A stretch of DNA of 64,000 nt from an archaeon (GTDB lineage Archaea; Methanobacteriota_B; Thermococci; Methanofastidiosales; NM3), in assembly GCA_004212155.1 (NCBI GenBank), contig RXIG01000001.1, positions 32,001 through 96,000 on the forward strand, written 5' to 3'. The position numbers were made by a program, and so were the translations under genes. A model generated the notes under the pieces. That model was not told where the DNA came from. It saw nothing but the letters and a program-made list of their open reading frames with translations, and ran no database searches. Within the stretch, counting starts at the first letter, position 1; every line of letters starts with the position of its first letter. Shown in pieces: positions 8,003 to 17,407 of the stretch.

Positions 8003-8729
8003 TGGCAAACGTTATTCCCACCATCGCATAAAGGGGTAGCTCCCGCTCGTCCTCCTCTTTCATAGCATTGGCGTCCACCCATGCTGAATAGAGCAATGAT
8101 GCTAGCAGGTCTACGTACGACCCCAGCTGCAACGTAACGACCGGCCTGAGCGCATCCCACTCCTTTTCCTCGCCCAAGCGGATGGTCTCGTCATAGAGCG
8201 CGCTTGCCTCGAGGGAGCGTTCGGCTACGGCCTGTTGGACATCTTCGATATATGAAGTGTGCTGGCACGAAAGCTCCAGAGAGGCGACGATCTCATTGAC
8301 CCATGTCTCGACCGTTCCATGCGCCGGGACGTAGGGACCCGTATGGAGCGCGCAGAGCGCATCGCCCACATAGTGGCTCACGACGCCCGCATCAAAGGCT
8401 GCCTCATCATATTTCCCCTCTGCCAGGTCCTCGACGAGACGGTCATACCAGTAAGCGGCGGCCTGTGGCGCCTTGCCGTATCCGGAAGGGTATGAGAGAT
8501 GGTAGATGAGATCTCCTCGCGGATCGTCGCATGCGCGCCATAGGTCTGGCAGCGTCGACGTGTGCACGATCTCGTCGTGGTGCTGGAAATAGGCATCGCA
8601 TCCAACCCCATCGAGCGCAAGAATGGCCTCATGCGTCACCACCTCATGCGTGTGGCTGCCCCACGCAGAGGCCGGCGCGGCAAGCATGACCATCAAAAGT
8701 GGGACAATGGTCAGGTATATTCGATTCAT
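7941..8729 (-). CDS. Secreted, C-terminally anchored zinc-dependent phospholipase C / S1-P1 nuclease-like protein
   Basis: Signal peptide, mature N-terminus WGSHTH, PDLW, SHYVGDALCALH, C-terminal TM. Confidence 0.8.
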   Translation of the reverse strand: MNRIYLTIVPLLMVMLAAPASAWGSHTHEVVTHEAILALDGVGCDAYFQHHDEIVHTSTLPDLWRACDDPRGDLIYHLSYPSGYGKAPQAAAYWYDRLVEDLAEGKYDEAAFDAGVVSHYVGDALCALHTGPYVPAHGTVETWVNEIVASLELSCQHTSYIEDVQQAVAERSLEASALYDETIRLGEEKEWDALRPVVTLQLGSYVDLLASLLYSAWVDANAMKEEDERELPLYAMVGITFAIIACAALYRARSHVSGPKER

Positions 8730-8831
8730 ACATATTTTCGTTAATGTGCATATTTATTTTTTTATGCAATAATATGGTATTTTCTTGCCATATTCACTTT
8801 ATTGATTCACTTCGCAGTGCTCTTTGATACC

Positions 8832-9488
8832 ATGAAACAGATATTTTGTCTATGCATATGCATAATGGTCGTGGCAGCGCCTTATGCATTCGCGCTGGAA
8901 GCCGAACCAGAGGAGCCCATCATCGTGATCAATGAGGTCATGGTCAACCCCGATGCGGTATCGGACTCGCGAGGTGAGTGGATCGAGCTCTACAATACGA
9001 GCTCAAATCCCGTCTCGCTCCTAGGATGGACCGTGACAGATGGAAAACGGGACATGTTCATCATCGATGAGGATATTGCCATATCCCCTGATGGATACGT
9101 TGTCTTGGCCCGTTGCGGCGACCCATTGAGGAACGGAGGGGTGCATGCAGACTTCGAGTATAGTGGCATGTACCTTGCCAACGGGGGCGATGCCATCATG
9201 TTGTTCGATAAGATGGGCGCAGTTCATGATGCGCTCTTCTACTCGGAGGAACGCGGGTTCACAATCCCTTGCGGCGCATCGCTTGAGGTAAAGGACCCCT
9301 TCAAGACCAATACTCCTAGTTCCCAGTGGGCGCCAAGCACGAGCGTATTCGGTGATGGCGATTTTTGCACACCGGGAACTTGCAATAGCTGGTACGTCCC
9401 CCCGGACCCTGTTCAGAAACCTCCTCGCGGTGCGCTCTTTTTCCTGTTCAAGAAGGGTATCCTGCCTGTTGATGGGTTCCTGGAATGA
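8832..9488 (+). CDS. Secreted lamin-tail-domain (LTD) protein
   Basis: Signal peptide; IVINEVMVNP..GEWIELYN, LANGGDAIML, TPG. Confidence 0.85.
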   Translation: MKQIFCLCICIMVVAAPYAFALEAEPEEPIIVINEVMVNPDAVSDSRGEWIELYNTSSNPVSLLGWTVTDGKRDMFIIDEDIAISPDGYVVLARCGDPLRNGGVHADFEYSGMYLANGGDAIMLFDKMGAVHDALFYSEERGFTIPCGASLEVKDPFKTNTPSSQWAPSTSVFGDGDFCTPGTCNSWYVPPDPVQKPPRGALFFLFKKGILPVDGFLE

Positions 9489-9507
9489 ACCGGCATGAAA
9501 AGGGGCA

Positions 9508-9551
9508 TTGTCGTTCGTATCTTCCCACGGTGAATGGAATACGAACGGCAA
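9508..9551 (+). other. Stem-loop with 13-bp outer stem
   Basis: TTGTCGTTCGTAT...ATACGAACGGCAA, one G-U pair on the + strand RNA. Confidence 0.65.
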
Positions 9552-9824
9552 CAGACCGAAAGGTTTATATATGAGCCTAAATTTACTGGTATTAGCTGAT
9601 TTTAAGGCCTTTATAGGTCGCTTCCTCCGCATACGATGTGTAAATATCCAATACAGTTGTATTCATAAGGCGCTATCCCATGCCGTCTTCGTTTACTCTG
9701 TAGCTTTTGTCGGGGGGATGATAGAACCAGCTCGATCTTTAGAAAATATCGTATATGAAAGGAAATTATTTTCTAAAAAACATTATGGTCTTGATTCATC
9801 AAATGACTACGTAAGGGTGATGAA

Positions 9825-11750
9825 TTGTCTTCAGAAGAAATTTTAAAAAGTATTGAAAAGGTGGTCAATGAAACGATCCCTTCAGGTGCTACCATTACTC
9901 ACATCGACTTCGAGGGTCCCGAAGTAGTCATATACACTCGCAATCCTTCACTACTCGTTAGTGACGCGGATCTGATAAAGGATCTTGCCAAGAAGTTGCG
10001 CAAGCGTGTTGTCATTCGGCCCGACTCATCGATCATCATGCCTGAAGAGAAGGCAATAGAGAAAATCAAGGAACTCGTACCAAAGGAAGCGGAGATAACT
10101 GATATCACATTCGACCCGGGGATCTCGGAGGTCATCATAGAGGCAAAGAAGCCCGGGCTTGCGATTGGGAAGTCGGGGAGCACGCTGCGTGAGATCACAA
10201 AGAACGTCCGATGGGCGCCACGTATCGTCCGCACGCCGCCGATGTCGTCCACAACGGTCCAGGCCATACGTTCCACGCTCCACAGGGAGCACAATGAACG
10301 CAAACGCATCATGCGTGCGGTCGGACACAAGATCTATCGTGACGAGAACATACGTTCCGACTGGATCCGCATCACATCGCTTGGCGGATTCCGCGAGGTG
10401 GGGCGGTCCTGCCTGCTTCTTCAGACCAATGAGAGCAACATTATGCTCGACTGTGGCGTCAACATCGCCTCGGATGATCCCGCAAAGGCGTATCCCTTCC
10501 TCAGCGCTCCTGAGTTCAAGTATATCCTCTCCTCAAACGAGCTCGATGCGATCATCATAACTCACGCACACCTTGACCACTCGGGGTTCGTGCCCTATCT
10601 CTTCAAGTCACTTTATGATGGTCCCGTCTACTGCACGCCAGCGACACGTGACCTGATGATGCTTTTGCAAAAGGATTTCGTCGAGATCGCAAAACGAGAG
10701 GGAAAGCCTTGTCCCTACGGCATGAAGGAGATCAAGGATACGATCACACATACGATACCGCTTGATTACAAGGAAGTGCGCGATATCGCCCCCGATGTGC
10801 GCCTTACATTGCACAATGCGGGACACATACTCGGTTCTTCGATTGTGCATTTGCATGTGGGCAACGGTCTTCACAATGTCGCATATACGGGCGACCTCAA
10901 GTTCTCGAAGACACGCCTTCTCGAACCGGCAAACGTGCGATTCCCACGGCTTGAGACACTCATCCTTGAGAGCACGTATGGGGGTTCGAAAAACATCCAA
11001 CCTACCCGTGAGGATGCTGAACGCGACCTTCTAAAGACGATACGGCGCACCATAGAGCGAAAGGGAAAGGTACTCATACCTGTGCTCGCAGTGGGTCGTG
11101 CGCAGGAGCTCATGCTCGTGCTCGAGGAGGCCATGCGCCACAAAAAGCTCCCAGAGGTGCCCATCTACCTTGACGGCATGATATGGGAGGCAACGGCCAT
11201 CCACACTGCATATCCCGAGTATCTCTCAAAATCCGTTCGAGACCAGATATTCCATCAGGAACACAACCCCTTCCTCTCCAAGGTGTTTGACAGCGTGCCA
11301 AACTCTAACAGGAGGAAAGAGATTATGGAGGGCGACCCTGCCATCATCCTTGCAACGTCTGGCATGCTCGTCGGTGGTTCGTCGGTCGAATACTTCAAGA
11401 ACTTCGCTCCCGACAAGCGAAATAGCATCATTTTCGTGAGTTACCAGGCCGAGGGTTCGATGGGTTCGCGCGTCCAGAAAGGCTGGAACGAGGTCACCAT
11501 GAAGAACGAACTCGGGAGGACCGAGGCGATCAACATCAACATGGAGATTCGGACCATAGAAGGATTTTCGGGCCATTCGGACCGCAATCAGCTCATCAAC
11601 TTCGTGCGCAAGGTAAGCAATGGCACAGAAAAGGTGTTTACCAACCATGGCGAGAGCGGAAAATGCATAGACCTTGCATCATCGATCTACAAGATGTTCA
11701 AGGTCGAGACGCGGTCACCACTCAACCTTGAGACGATGCGCGTCTATTAG
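9825..11750 (+). CDS. fttA: aCPSF1/FttA KH-domain beta-CASP ribonuclease, transcription termination factor (TTG start)
   Basis: FEGPEVVIY, KH GLAIGKSG, LGGFREVGRSC, THAHLDH, AGHILGS, FSGHSD; GGTGA SD. Confidence 0.95.
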   Translation: MSSEEILKSIEKVVNETIPSGATITHIDFEGPEVVIYTRNPSLLVSDADLIKDLAKKLRKRVVIRPDSSIIMPEEKAIEKIKELVPKEAEITDITFDPGISEVIIEAKKPGLAIGKSGSTLREITKNVRWAPRIVRTPPMSSTTVQAIRSTLHREHNERKRIMRAVGHKIYRDENIRSDWIRITSLGGFREVGRSCLLLQTNESNIMLDCGVNIASDDPAKAYPFLSAPEFKYILSSNELDAIIITHAHLDHSGFVPYLFKSLYDGPVYCTPATRDLMMLLQKDFVEIAKREGKPCPYGMKEIKDTITHTIPLDYKEVRDIAPDVRLTLHNAGHILGSSIVHLHVGNGLHNVAYTGDLKFSKTRLLEPANVRFPRLETLILESTYGGSKNIQPTREDAERDLLKTIRRTIERKGKVLIPVLAVGRAQELMLVLEEAMRHKKLPEVPIYLDGMIWEATAIHTAYPEYLSKSVRDQIFHQEHNPFLSKVFDSVPNSNRRKEIMEGDPAIILATSGMLVGGSSVEYFKNFAPDKRNSIIFVSYQAEGSMGSRVQKGWNEVTMKNELGRTEAININMEIRTIEGFSGHSDRNQLINFVRKVSNGTEKVFTNHGESGKCIDLASSIYKMFKVETRSPLNLETMRVY

Positions 11751-11781
11751 AATCCAAAAATAAAGGGGAGTAACCATACGG

Positions 11782-12048
11782 TTACTCTATCACATCCTTT
11801 CTGTCGACGACCTTGCCACAGTTCATGCACTTGGCAATCTCCGTTCCGACAAGGTAGTCTCCAAATCCGCAGTCGCACGTAGGGCCGTTTTCTACGTATT
11901 CGACGACAGGCTCTTCCAGTTGAACCGAACCTCCGCAATGCTCGCATGTAAGGCTATCGTCGCCCACAAGCCAGTCTGCAAATCCGCAGTCGCACTTATG
12001 TGCGCCGGTGATGCGATCGTTTTTCTTGATTTTCCTAATCGTTCCCAT
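11782..12048 (-). CDS. Small protein with a duplicated zinc-ribbon unit
   Basis: CDCGFADWLVG..CEHCG and CDCGFGDYLVG..CMNCG; GAGGTGG SD. Confidence 0.8.
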   Translation of the reverse strand: MGTIRKIKKNDRITGAHKCDCGFADWLVGDDSLTCEHCGGSVQLEEPVVEYVENGPTCDCGFGDYLVGTEIAKCMNCGKVVDRKDVIE

Positions 12049-12117
12049 TGTTTCCACCTCATACACTATTTCTCGAAGAGATATTAAAATATTCCCTATT
12101 ATCGGGATTGAAAAGGC

Positions 12118-13068
12118 TTAATCGAGGATATCCCAGAGCGCATCGTGCTCGGGCATGTCAAGCGTACGTCCACTTTCAACGATCGAGCCTATGAACGCAT
12201 GTTCTATGTGGGCGCCTGCGAGGACATCGTGAACTGCGTTCACATGTGCAGGAGGCACGGTGGCGATGAGCGCACCTGAGCTGATGAGCTTCAGGGGATC
12301 GCATTCGAAATGCCTGCACAGCTTCTTCGTGACATCTGGTACGGGTATGGCCGCCGGGTCGACATCAAAACCGTATCCCGATGCCTCTGCCATCTCGTTG
12401 AGCGCCCCTGCGATCCCACCCTCTGTAGGGTCGTGCATGCTCGTTACGTACGATCGGATGAGGCGTGCTTCTGGAACGACGGATATGAGCGACGAGAATC
12501 CCTTTGCTATCGAGAGCTCATGCGTTGTGAGCACGCCTGCGAGCTCATCCTCACGTTCACTGGCCAGTATGGACGTTCCCTCAAGGGCGGCACCCTTCGT
12601 AAGCACGATGGCATCCCCTGGGCAGGCCCCGGACGTGGGTATGTACCGTGACGTGTAGCCAAACATCGTTCCGGCAATGATTGTCATGTCGATGGATGAT
12701 ACGAACTCGGTATGTCCGCCGACGACCGTCGCTCCGACCTCCTTGCAGGCCTTGCCGATCTGGCCCACGATGTCTCGTAGACCCTCTTCGCCAACCGAGC
12801 TCTTGAGCAGTATGGTCGGCATGAAGAACTGGGGGTCTGCACCCGTCACGGCCACGTCGTTGGCGTTCACGTGGACCGCGATATGTCCTATGTTCTTTTT
12901 GGCTCCCGTCACGGGATCGCTTGCCACGACGTGGTACGAATCGTCTATCTGCAATACGGCCGCATCCTCTCCAACTCCGGGACCCACCTTCACAAGAGAT
13001 GATGCGGGTCCGAGCGAGGAGAAGACGATCTTTTTCAGCATTGCTGGAGGGATCTTACCTGCATACAT
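12118..13068 (-). CDS. AIR synthase-related (PurM-like/HypE-like) protein
   Basis: GKIPP, GPGVGEDAAV, SDPVTGA, VNANDVA, GGHTE, MHDPTEGG. Confidence 0.85.
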   Translation of the reverse strand: MYAGKIPPAMLKKIVFSSLGPASSLVKVGPGVGEDAAVLQIDDSYHVVASDPVTGAKKNIGHIAVHVNANDVAVTGADPQFFMPTILLKSSVGEEGLRDIVGQIGKACKEVGATVVGGHTEFVSSIDMTIIAGTMFGYTSRYIPTSGACPGDAIVLTKGAALEGTSILASEREDELAGVLTTHELSIAKGFSSLISVVPEARLIRSYVTSMHDPTEGGIAGALNEMAEASGYGFDVDPAAIPVPDVTKKLCRHFECDPLKLISSGALIATVPPAHVNAVHDVLAGAHIEHAFIGSIVESGRTLDMPEHDALWDILD

Positions 13069-13172
13069 GGTCTCATCTACCGGTGTCTCTTAAAAGGGGA
13101 CTACAACAACCTAAAAATACTTTTCTCATAAACGGGCGCTTCTACCGCGGGTACAAGGAATCCTTACCTCAT

Positions 13173-14774
13173 TTACCCCTCTAAATCATCGGTCAATTGG
13201 TCGACGAGATGTCCGAACGGTTCGGTGGACCCTTTCATGGCGCCCTTGACAATATAAGGCATATGGGCGCGCACCATCTCGTAGAGCCTCTCGGCCTGTT
13301 CCTTGTTCGTTGAATGGATGTGTTTTGCTTTACGGTCTGCCGACACCATGTCGCCGCGTATCGTCATCTTGAAATCCGGAGTTCGCACCAGGGCGCGCCG
13401 TTCCTTGCGCATCCTGACCTCATGCTCGGGCATCTGCAAATGCTCTTTCTTGTCGTTTAGCACGTATGAGACTTCGCCAAGCTTGATCGAGACGCTGTTC
13501 TTGTCTATTGAGATGTCGCGAGCAGGCCCGTTTGCAACGGTCTTGTCATCGTCCTGTCGGATCACCGTCGTTCCCTCGGTGGTGAGAATGGATATTTCTA
13601 AACCCTCAGGCAACTCCAAGGCCGGGTATTCCTTGTCAACGAACTCCCGGGCCCCTATGCGCACGCGGGCTTGCTTTCCCTTCCGGTCCATGACTTCTAT
13701 GGGACCGAACTTTACATATTCCCCCTCCTCACCCTCAAAGACCTTGATGAACGGAAGGGATATGCGATTACCCCTTTCCTCAAGACGCGCCCGCAGCTGT
13801 TCGATCTCCTCTGCGGATGCATCCTTGTTCGTCGCAAGGATCCTTGCAAGTTCGCGAACCTCCTCCTTGTCGAGGCCGATGCGCTCAAAGTCGCTTGCCG
13901 TTGCTGCGGTGGCAAATTGTGTCGCTGCGACACTCGGCCACTCTGTTCCATAACAATAGCAGTAGCCCATGAATGGTACGTTCTCACGCTGCTTCCCCAT
14001 AGGTACCTCATACGAACCTTGCCCGAAGTAGACGGTGCCGACCATCACATCATCATCAAGGACATCGACGCAGATCGTGCCTTCCTCGATGGTAAGCGGC
14101 ATACGGCCGTCGACTACGAGGTCGTCCTCGATCACCTTCACTTCCTCTGCCACATCGAGTCGCCTCGTCGTGACCTCACGCATCGAATCTGTGATATGGT
14201 ATATTTTCTCCTCTATGAAGTCGAAGTCCTGGGTCTTGGTGAAGACGCCCGATACGTATCCCACAGCAAATGCGATGATGCCGGATATCAGCATCGTGTC
14301 CTGATAGTCCGGGTAGAGGCCAAGCAGTTTGAAGGTGCCCCATAGGACCACGATGACGATGCCCAATCCGTATAGTGTCGAGCGCGCTTGCCAGTATCCC
14401 CTTCTCGTCTTCATGGCTCTGACGGCAAATCCTACTGACACCGATATGATGGAGAGCGCGAGCGCGTAGATGATGTACTGGTCCCACCAAGGCTCCAACC
14501 ACCCCACCAGATCGAAGAAGAGAAGCAGTATCCACACGCCAAAGAGTGTGGTGCCAAGTTTCCTGAAGGCCGTTGAGATCTGCTTGTCGATGGGGTAGAT
14601 CTCCCTGAAACCATCGATGAAAGAACCGATTGCCCACAGGGCGAACATGATAAATAGAAACTGAACCTTGTATTCATACGACCCCAGCACGTCTGAGACG
14701 AGGCTCAGGGCCCACAAGAGGAAGAATACCACTCCTGCTTTGTGCATGATGTCCTTGATCGTATTGACGCTCAT
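13173..14774 (-). CDS. Hypothetical membrane protein (about 6 N-terminal TM plus soluble beta-rich domain)
   Basis: 533-aa ORF 4 nt after the ArsR gene; GGAGTGA SD. Confidence 0.75.
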   Translation of the reverse strand: MSVNTIKDIMHKAGVVFFLLWALSLVSDVLGSYEYKVQFLFIMFALWAIGSFIDGFREIYPIDKQISTAFRKLGTTLFGVWILLLFFDLVGWLEPWWDQYIIYALALSIISVSVGFAVRAMKTRRGYWQARSTLYGLGIVIVVLWGTFKLLGLYPDYQDTMLISGIIAFAVGYVSGVFTKTQDFDFIEEKIYHITDSMREVTTRRLDVAEEVKVIEDDLVVDGRMPLTIEEGTICVDVLDDDVMVGTVYFGQGSYEVPMGKQRENVPFMGYCYCYGTEWPSVAATQFATAATASDFERIGLDKEEVRELARILATNKDASAEEIEQLRARLEERGNRISLPFIKVFEGEEGEYVKFGPIEVMDRKGKQARVRIGAREFVDKEYPALELPEGLEISILTTEGTTVIRQDDDKTVANGPARDISIDKNSVSIKLGEVSYVLNDKKEHLQMPEHEVRMRKERRALVRTPDFKMTIRGDMVSADRKAKHIHSTNKEQAERLYEMVRAHMPYIVKGAMKGSTEPFGHLVDQLTDDLEG

Positions 14775-14778
14775 GATA

Positions 14779-15183
14779 TCACTCCTTCTCAGGGTACATT
14801 ACATTATAAAAGTACGATGCCATCTCGAGGGCACGCTTTCCCAGGTCCGTTATCCCGTATTTTCCTCTAAACCGTTCTTGTGATATGAGGCCCACATCCC
14901 TCAGCACGGTCAGATGAAATCGCAAGGGGCTGTGGTCAAGGGTCGTTGCCTCTACGAGTTGGGAAAAATACAGATCGTCGCTTTCAAGAACGACGAGAAG
15001 TTTAAGGCGCTCCTCGTTGGCGAGCGCCTTGAAGAGGTCAGCGCACGTACCGATGTCAAATGACGTAGGCTGGGCTGGTATATGCTGGACCTGGTGCACG
15101 TCGGTCACGACATGGCGTTTGATCTCCTCAATGTCCTTTTTCAATTCGGTGATCTGCACGTGTATGTCTTCATGAGATTCCAT
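14779..15183 (-). CDS. ArsR-family winged-HTH regulator with N-terminal coiled coil
   Basis: FKALANEERLKLL...FHLTVLRDVGLI..RGKYGITDLG. Confidence 0.85.
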   Translation of the reverse strand: MESHEDIHVQITELKKDIEEIKRHVVTDVHQVQHIPAQPTSFDIGTCADLFKALANEERLKLLVVLESDDLYFSQLVEATTLDHSPLRFHLTVLRDVGLISQERFRGKYGITDLGKRALEMASYFYNVMYPEKE

Positions 15184-15245
15184 GCTTTCACTATATATTA
15201 GTGCATTTGAAGTATATATAAATGTTTCTGAAAAGTAGAATAATG

Positions 15246-17321
15246 TTACCAGACTGCAGCCTGGTATACCCTCTTCGTTATCGGGTCCTGAACGAAGACC
15301 ACGACACCGCCATCCTCGGGAATGGTAAGCGCAAGCGACACGCTGCCCGTGGGATCGAACTGGCTTACGGTGCGCCTATGGCCCTCGATCGCGACGTGAT
15401 AGAACACCTTGGACGAGCCTGGCGGGGACAATCCGTTCTCATACACGACAAAGAAGACATTAAGTTCGGACGGCACGGTGTTGTCCAACGGTTTGATAAA
15501 CGCCTCGACATTCATCTTGCTTGGATCCATGACGGATGGAGTTACCGAAAGGTCGAGGCGCACCTTGAGCGTATCATCGAGAAGCGATTCGGTGGCGGCT
15601 TCGTACTGAGCATAGGTGGACCCGGAACCCCCCTTAATGTTCCTAATACCATCAAACATCGATTGTGGTGTGCCACCCATCGTGTAAAAGCTTGCCCTCT
15701 CATTTGAAAAGATGTTGTTGAACGAGTCGTTCAGATGATACTCGATCGCGACGACATCATCGGGATAGTTGTCCAAAAGGTCGTGTAGGGCGCTTTCAGC
15801 AGCGGGGCAGTACGTGCAATTCGCAGAAGTGAAGAGCTCAACGAACACCCTCTTCTGCTGGCGCTGTGCCGTCATGAGCTCAAACGATGCGTTCTGGGAA
15901 CGTTGGCTGCCCGATGAGATGACGGTCACGTTCACGACGCCTCTCTGATTGGGCTGGGCGCCTTCAGGTACGATGATCGTAACGCCGACGGTGACGTTGC
16001 CACCCGGAGAGACCGTTACCTCTCGTTTTGATATCTCATAGGTCCACCCTGATGGTAGCGAGGGAACAGGCTGTAGAGCATACGTATCGGCAGCATTTCC
16101 GTTGTTTTGGACCTGGAATAGATAGGTAGTGCTTGAGCCTGGCAAGACCACTTTGGAACGCTCTTCGATATTGAGCTCGAATCCGTACGTAGGGCTCACG
16201 ATAAGGGTGAATCGCTGTGTCTTGACATCTCCGGTGTCGTTTTGCGAGGTGACCTGAAGTATCGTTTCTCCCTGGGCATTCCCTTGGGCAGATGATGGGG
16301 ACTTGAGCGTGAGCACGATGTTTTTCGAACCGTTCGGTTCGACCGTTACCTTCTCGTGCAGGAGCGAACCAGACCAGCCCGCTGTGGTGTTTTTCAATTG
16401 AAAGTAATACGTATCCGTGCTCGAGCCGTTATTTTGCACCGTCGCGTTGAACGTCGCCGTTTCTCCGGCAGTCACGAACTTCTCAGTCGTTGCAGCGATG
16501 AGCTCATACGATGCAGTGGCCTCGGATGTGACATTGACCGTCAGCGAGTCGCGGTACTTACCGTCACTCGAGCGTGCCTCGATGCGGATCGTGGCCTCGC
16601 CCGGACCCGCGCTGGCCGATGTCGACACGCGAAGCACGAGCGACTCGTCTTGCTCCGGTTCTACAGATCCCGTATACTTATGCCCATAATCCGTCGTGGC
16701 ATCAAGCAGTGAGACGCTCCACCCCTGTGGCATCGACGTGCCTCCAGCAGCAACGGTAACATCGTAACGTGAGAGGATGTTGCCTGTGTTTTTTAGTGCG
16801 ACCGTGAAGTCTGTGGTCTGACCAGGTAACACGCTCTTTTGCGTCGTGTCGACCGATAGGTCCGGCGCATATCCGACATAGAGCGTCGATGCATAGAGCG
16901 TCGAAGCGAGCAAAAGGAGCACGATCACGAAGTTGAGCAACAAAAGCACCTTTCCACCACGCGGCCGCTTCGACGGCCCCCTCGGCGGATCCTCTTTATC
17001 TGGCCTCTCTGGAGGGGCACGCGGTGGCGGACGTTGTGTCGCCGCCGGCTTTTGCCTCATGGTTGGTGGCGGGGCAGAGGCACGAACGGGCGCTGAGGGC
17101 GTATACGATAAAGGGGGTGATTGGCGCACGCTGCGGCCACCTGGCGGAGCGCCGCGTTGGTAGTCAAACATCGATGTAGGATGGTAACAGTGAGGGCACG
17201 TCTTGTGCGAATAAAGGTGCTCGCGGACGCATTGCTGGTGAAATGGTGTCTTGCAATAGGTGCAGTGTACCATGTCCCGTTGTGTAATGGGTGCGTTGCA
17301 CAATTCACACGTATGCGCCAT
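15246..17321 (-). CDS. Single-pass membrane protein: C4HC3 RING-like finger, Pro-rich linker, TM, three NEW3/Ig-like domains, Omp28-like thioredoxin domain
   Basis: C5-C8-C20-C23-H28-C31-C42-C45; KRPRGGK then TM; NTGN/NNGS/NNGN repeats; VELFTSANCTYCP. Confidence 0.8.
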   Translation of the reverse strand: MAHTCELCNAPITQRDMVHCTYCKTPFHQQCVREHLYSHKTCPHCYHPTSMFDYQRGAPPGGRSVRQSPPLSYTPSAPVRASAPPPTMRQKPAATQRPPPRAPPERPDKEDPPRGPSKRPRGGKVLLLLNFVIVLLLLASTLYASTLYVGYAPDLSVDTTQKSVLPGQTTDFTVALKNTGNILSRYDVTVAAGGTSMPQGWSVSLLDATTDYGHKYTGSVEPEQDESLVLRVSTSASAGPGEATIRIEARSSDGKYRDSLTVNVTSEATASYELIAATTEKFVTAGETATFNATVQNNGSSTDTYYFQLKNTTAGWSGSLLHEKVTVEPNGSKNIVLTLKSPSSAQGNAQGETILQVTSQNDTGDVKTQRFTLIVSPTYGFELNIEERSKVVLPGSSTTYLFQVQNNGNAADTYALQPVPSLPSGWTYEISKREVTVSPGGNVTVGVTIIVPEGAQPNQRGVVNVTVISSGSQRSQNASFELMTAQRQQKRVFVELFTSANCTYCPAAESALHDLLDNYPDDVVAIEYHLNDSFNNIFSNERASFYTMGGTPQSMFDGIRNIKGGSGSTYAQYEAATESLLDDTLKVRLDLSVTPSVMDPSKMNVEAFIKPLDNTVPSELNVFFVVYENGLSPPGSSKVFYHVAIEGHRRTVSQFDPTGSVSLALTIPEDGGVVVFVQDPITKRVYQAAVW

Positions 17322-17407
17322 AACCGTTCACTTTGTTTCCCTATACATAAAAGTTTATTTATAAATATATAAATCATTGCACTACGTGTGGCGCCCTATT
17401 GCATCCT

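Noticed and set aside
9508-9846. 112-aa ORF upstream of and overlapping fttA
   Set aside because: It spans a hairpin and a TATA box, has no properly spaced SD, and shows no recognisable protein features
16877-16904. Short tandem duplication encoding ASTLYASTLY
   Set aside because: In-frame microduplication at the end of a TM helix, with no evidence of function
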